Below are positions 62,379 to 64,000 of a stretch of 64,000 bases of DNA, one piece after another. The first letter of the stretch is position 1, and each line of letters opens with the position of its first letter. Source of the stretch: Cetorhinus maximus (taxonomy: Eukaryota). Location: the NCBI RefSeq assembly GCF_964194155.1, contig NC_135882.1, positions 116,808,001 to 116,872,000 of the forward strand. The letters run 5' to 3'. The position numbers and the translations under genes were made by a program. Under the pieces are notes generated by a model, which made no database searches, was not told the DNA's origin, and saw nothing but the letters and a program-made list of their open reading frames with translations.

Positions 62379-64000
62379 CCTGCTGTCTGTGAAGCCTGGC
62401 ACTGATGACTGCGAGTGCTGACTGAAGCAAGGTAGGCAAACAAACGTTGAAGTCCTGAGCGAAGTGCAGCTCACCAGGTGCACGTCACTTATGTGCTGTT
62501 GTGAAACACGTTGGCGTGTTTTCCCCCCGATGTGGGTGCACGATTCAGTGGTGGTGGAGGGGGAGGGGGGGGGGGGTGCAATTCTGGTAGGCAGGCCTAA
62601 TAATGATATGCTCATGTATTACAATGAGGTTCCCAACATCCAATGGCAGTCCAATGGCAGAGAGCGCGGCCTGCCATCAGCAGGGCTGAGCAGGCGATCA
62701 CGAATTGGTTTCACGCTGTCGTGAAACCGATCGCGCCATATTGTCCACTCACGCCGCCAAACACGCCCGACGCTAGCAGGCACGGAAAAATCCCGGGCTA
62801 TGTTTTGGATGGAAAGTAGTTTTTCATTTATGTTTATATTAGGCAACTGGGAAGAAGAGTGTCATAGTAGAACAATCTATTGTTTATCGCTGGATCTCAA
62901 TGGTTTAGTCCTTTTCACTAACATTCAGTTGCTGTACATTGCAGTAACTTTAAACTGTAGTAACTTAGGCTTCTGCTCAAAGTATACACTAATATACAAA
63001 TTTTGGAAAAGGTAATGTTAGCAAAAATAAAAGATACATTTATAACTGATGAGTTGTATCAGTGAAAGTACTGTTGCTGAGCATGTTAGCTGTGAAGTCA
63101 TTCTTTCTTAGCTCAGATGAGACAATGTAACCAACAGAAACTGTTTTCTGCCAATTGTTGGAGAGCTGCTTTTTTGGAATACTGAACTGTAGGAAATTAT
63201 AATGTAGATATAGGGGGCTGTGATGCATCCAGTGATACACATAAAGATCAACAAAAAACTGTTTTATCTGATAAAGGTGGATTTATATCTAATTAAAACT
63301 CTGCTGTAAGAATTTATGACCAGAAATAAATTACTCAGAAAATTACTGGGAAAATATTGATTCACTAAAGCTTGATTGAAAATTATATAGGCTGAGGATC
63401 ATCTTAACTCATTTAGGATAATGGTACTCTTAAATGTTGATGGAAAATGTCCCCAAATGATGCTTTTTAGTTTATGTTCCACTATGGTTTGTTATATAGA
63501 ATGAGGAAGTAATTGTTATCAACATTGATGATTTGAAGACTTTTTGGCAAAGAACAACTCCTCATTTTGTCGGCAATAGAATGAAAGTGGGACATTATTA
63601 GATAGACCACAGTTTATCACATAATGAGCCACTTTACCCTACAGATCTTGCTAAAGTGTTGGATAAATTACAATGTAAGATTGGATTTAAACAGCATGCT
63701 TTGGTTACTAAAACTGGTGTAATATGCCGTCAGAATTCTAGTACACTCAGTAGTCTTCTGAGTTATGCTGCAAATATTGTATTGCTCCCTAAACCCAGTG
63801 TTGTCGAGGAGAAATTGTTGACTAGCTGTATCTATGGCTATGGTGGCACTGTTTTAGCCACATACATGGGTTTCAGTAGAAAACTACCTTATACACAGGG
63901 AAATGTACTTCACATATATATTTACTAAATAAACATCTGTCACCATTCAGTGTGTAACTTTGCAGTTTTTCTCTCCCACGGAAATTTAAAATTCATGAAT

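Larger units (their letters stand above)
60476..62798 (+). mobile_element. Harbinger deletion derivative retaining Myb/SANT exon 1, with nested SINE and MITE
   Basis: Ends GGGCGGAAT / AATCCCGGGC, TSD TAT/TAT; AWEVV..QKRLAF*CR*RINDLIRAAR then donor GTATGG at ~60956. Confidence 0.72.
53987..63186 (-). other. Candidate spliced transcript; exons 63038-63186, 60068-60142, 58780-58843, 56307-56394, 55562-55644, 53987-54081
   Basis: Pyrimidine-tract/AG acceptors (e.g. ttttccttcttctttAG, tttctttttggtttgcAG) and GT donors (GTAAGT, GTAAGG, GTAATA, GTACTG); no continuous ORF. Confidence 0.35.

Noticed and set aside
63030-63037. Minus-strand donor GTATCTTT resembling a U12 5' splice site
   Set aside because: One mismatch to GTATCCTT and no TCCTTAAC branch site seen at the next candidate acceptor.
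63045-63082. CTGATGA...GAAA / CTGA, hammerhead- or C/D-box-like
   Set aside because: No stem II or flanking stems, and too short for a C/D snoRNA.
1-64000. CRISPR arrays, operons or other prokaryotic systems
   Set aside because: No regularly spaced direct repeats or gene-dense ORFs; the window is vertebrate repeat-rich DNA.

Overview
Repeat-dense, AT-rich vertebrate DNA, most likely from a shark or ray. That assignment is inferred from HE1-type SINEs, HER1/CR1 LINE tails and a Deu-domain SINE. Roughly two thirds of the window is transposable-element debris. It includes one nearly full-length CR1 LINE (zinc-finger/SGNH-esterase ORF1, APE-RT ORF2), a second young 5'-truncated copy and many old CR1/L2/RTE fragments. 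It also holds decayed two-gene PIF/Harbinger transposons (spliced Myb/SANT gene plus DDE transposase), about 12 Harbinger-type MITEs with 3-bp TSDs, solo LTRs with clean TSDs and a TA-flanked pogo/Tigger-like element. Penelope-like (RT + GIY-YIG) elements are present, and their short derivatives carry minimal hammerhead-ribozyme motifs, with one intact core at 44380-44418. No host protein-coding gene could be recognised by homology. Two unassigned candidate spliced transcripts are flagged: a frame-compatible chain of small + strand exons (4.5-42 kb), and an apparently non-coding - strand exon chain (63-53 kb) running into a hairpin cluster and a repeat-free, 3'UTR-like region. Boundaries of old elements were read by eye and are approximate. 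No prokaryote-type systems (CRISPR etc.) were seen.
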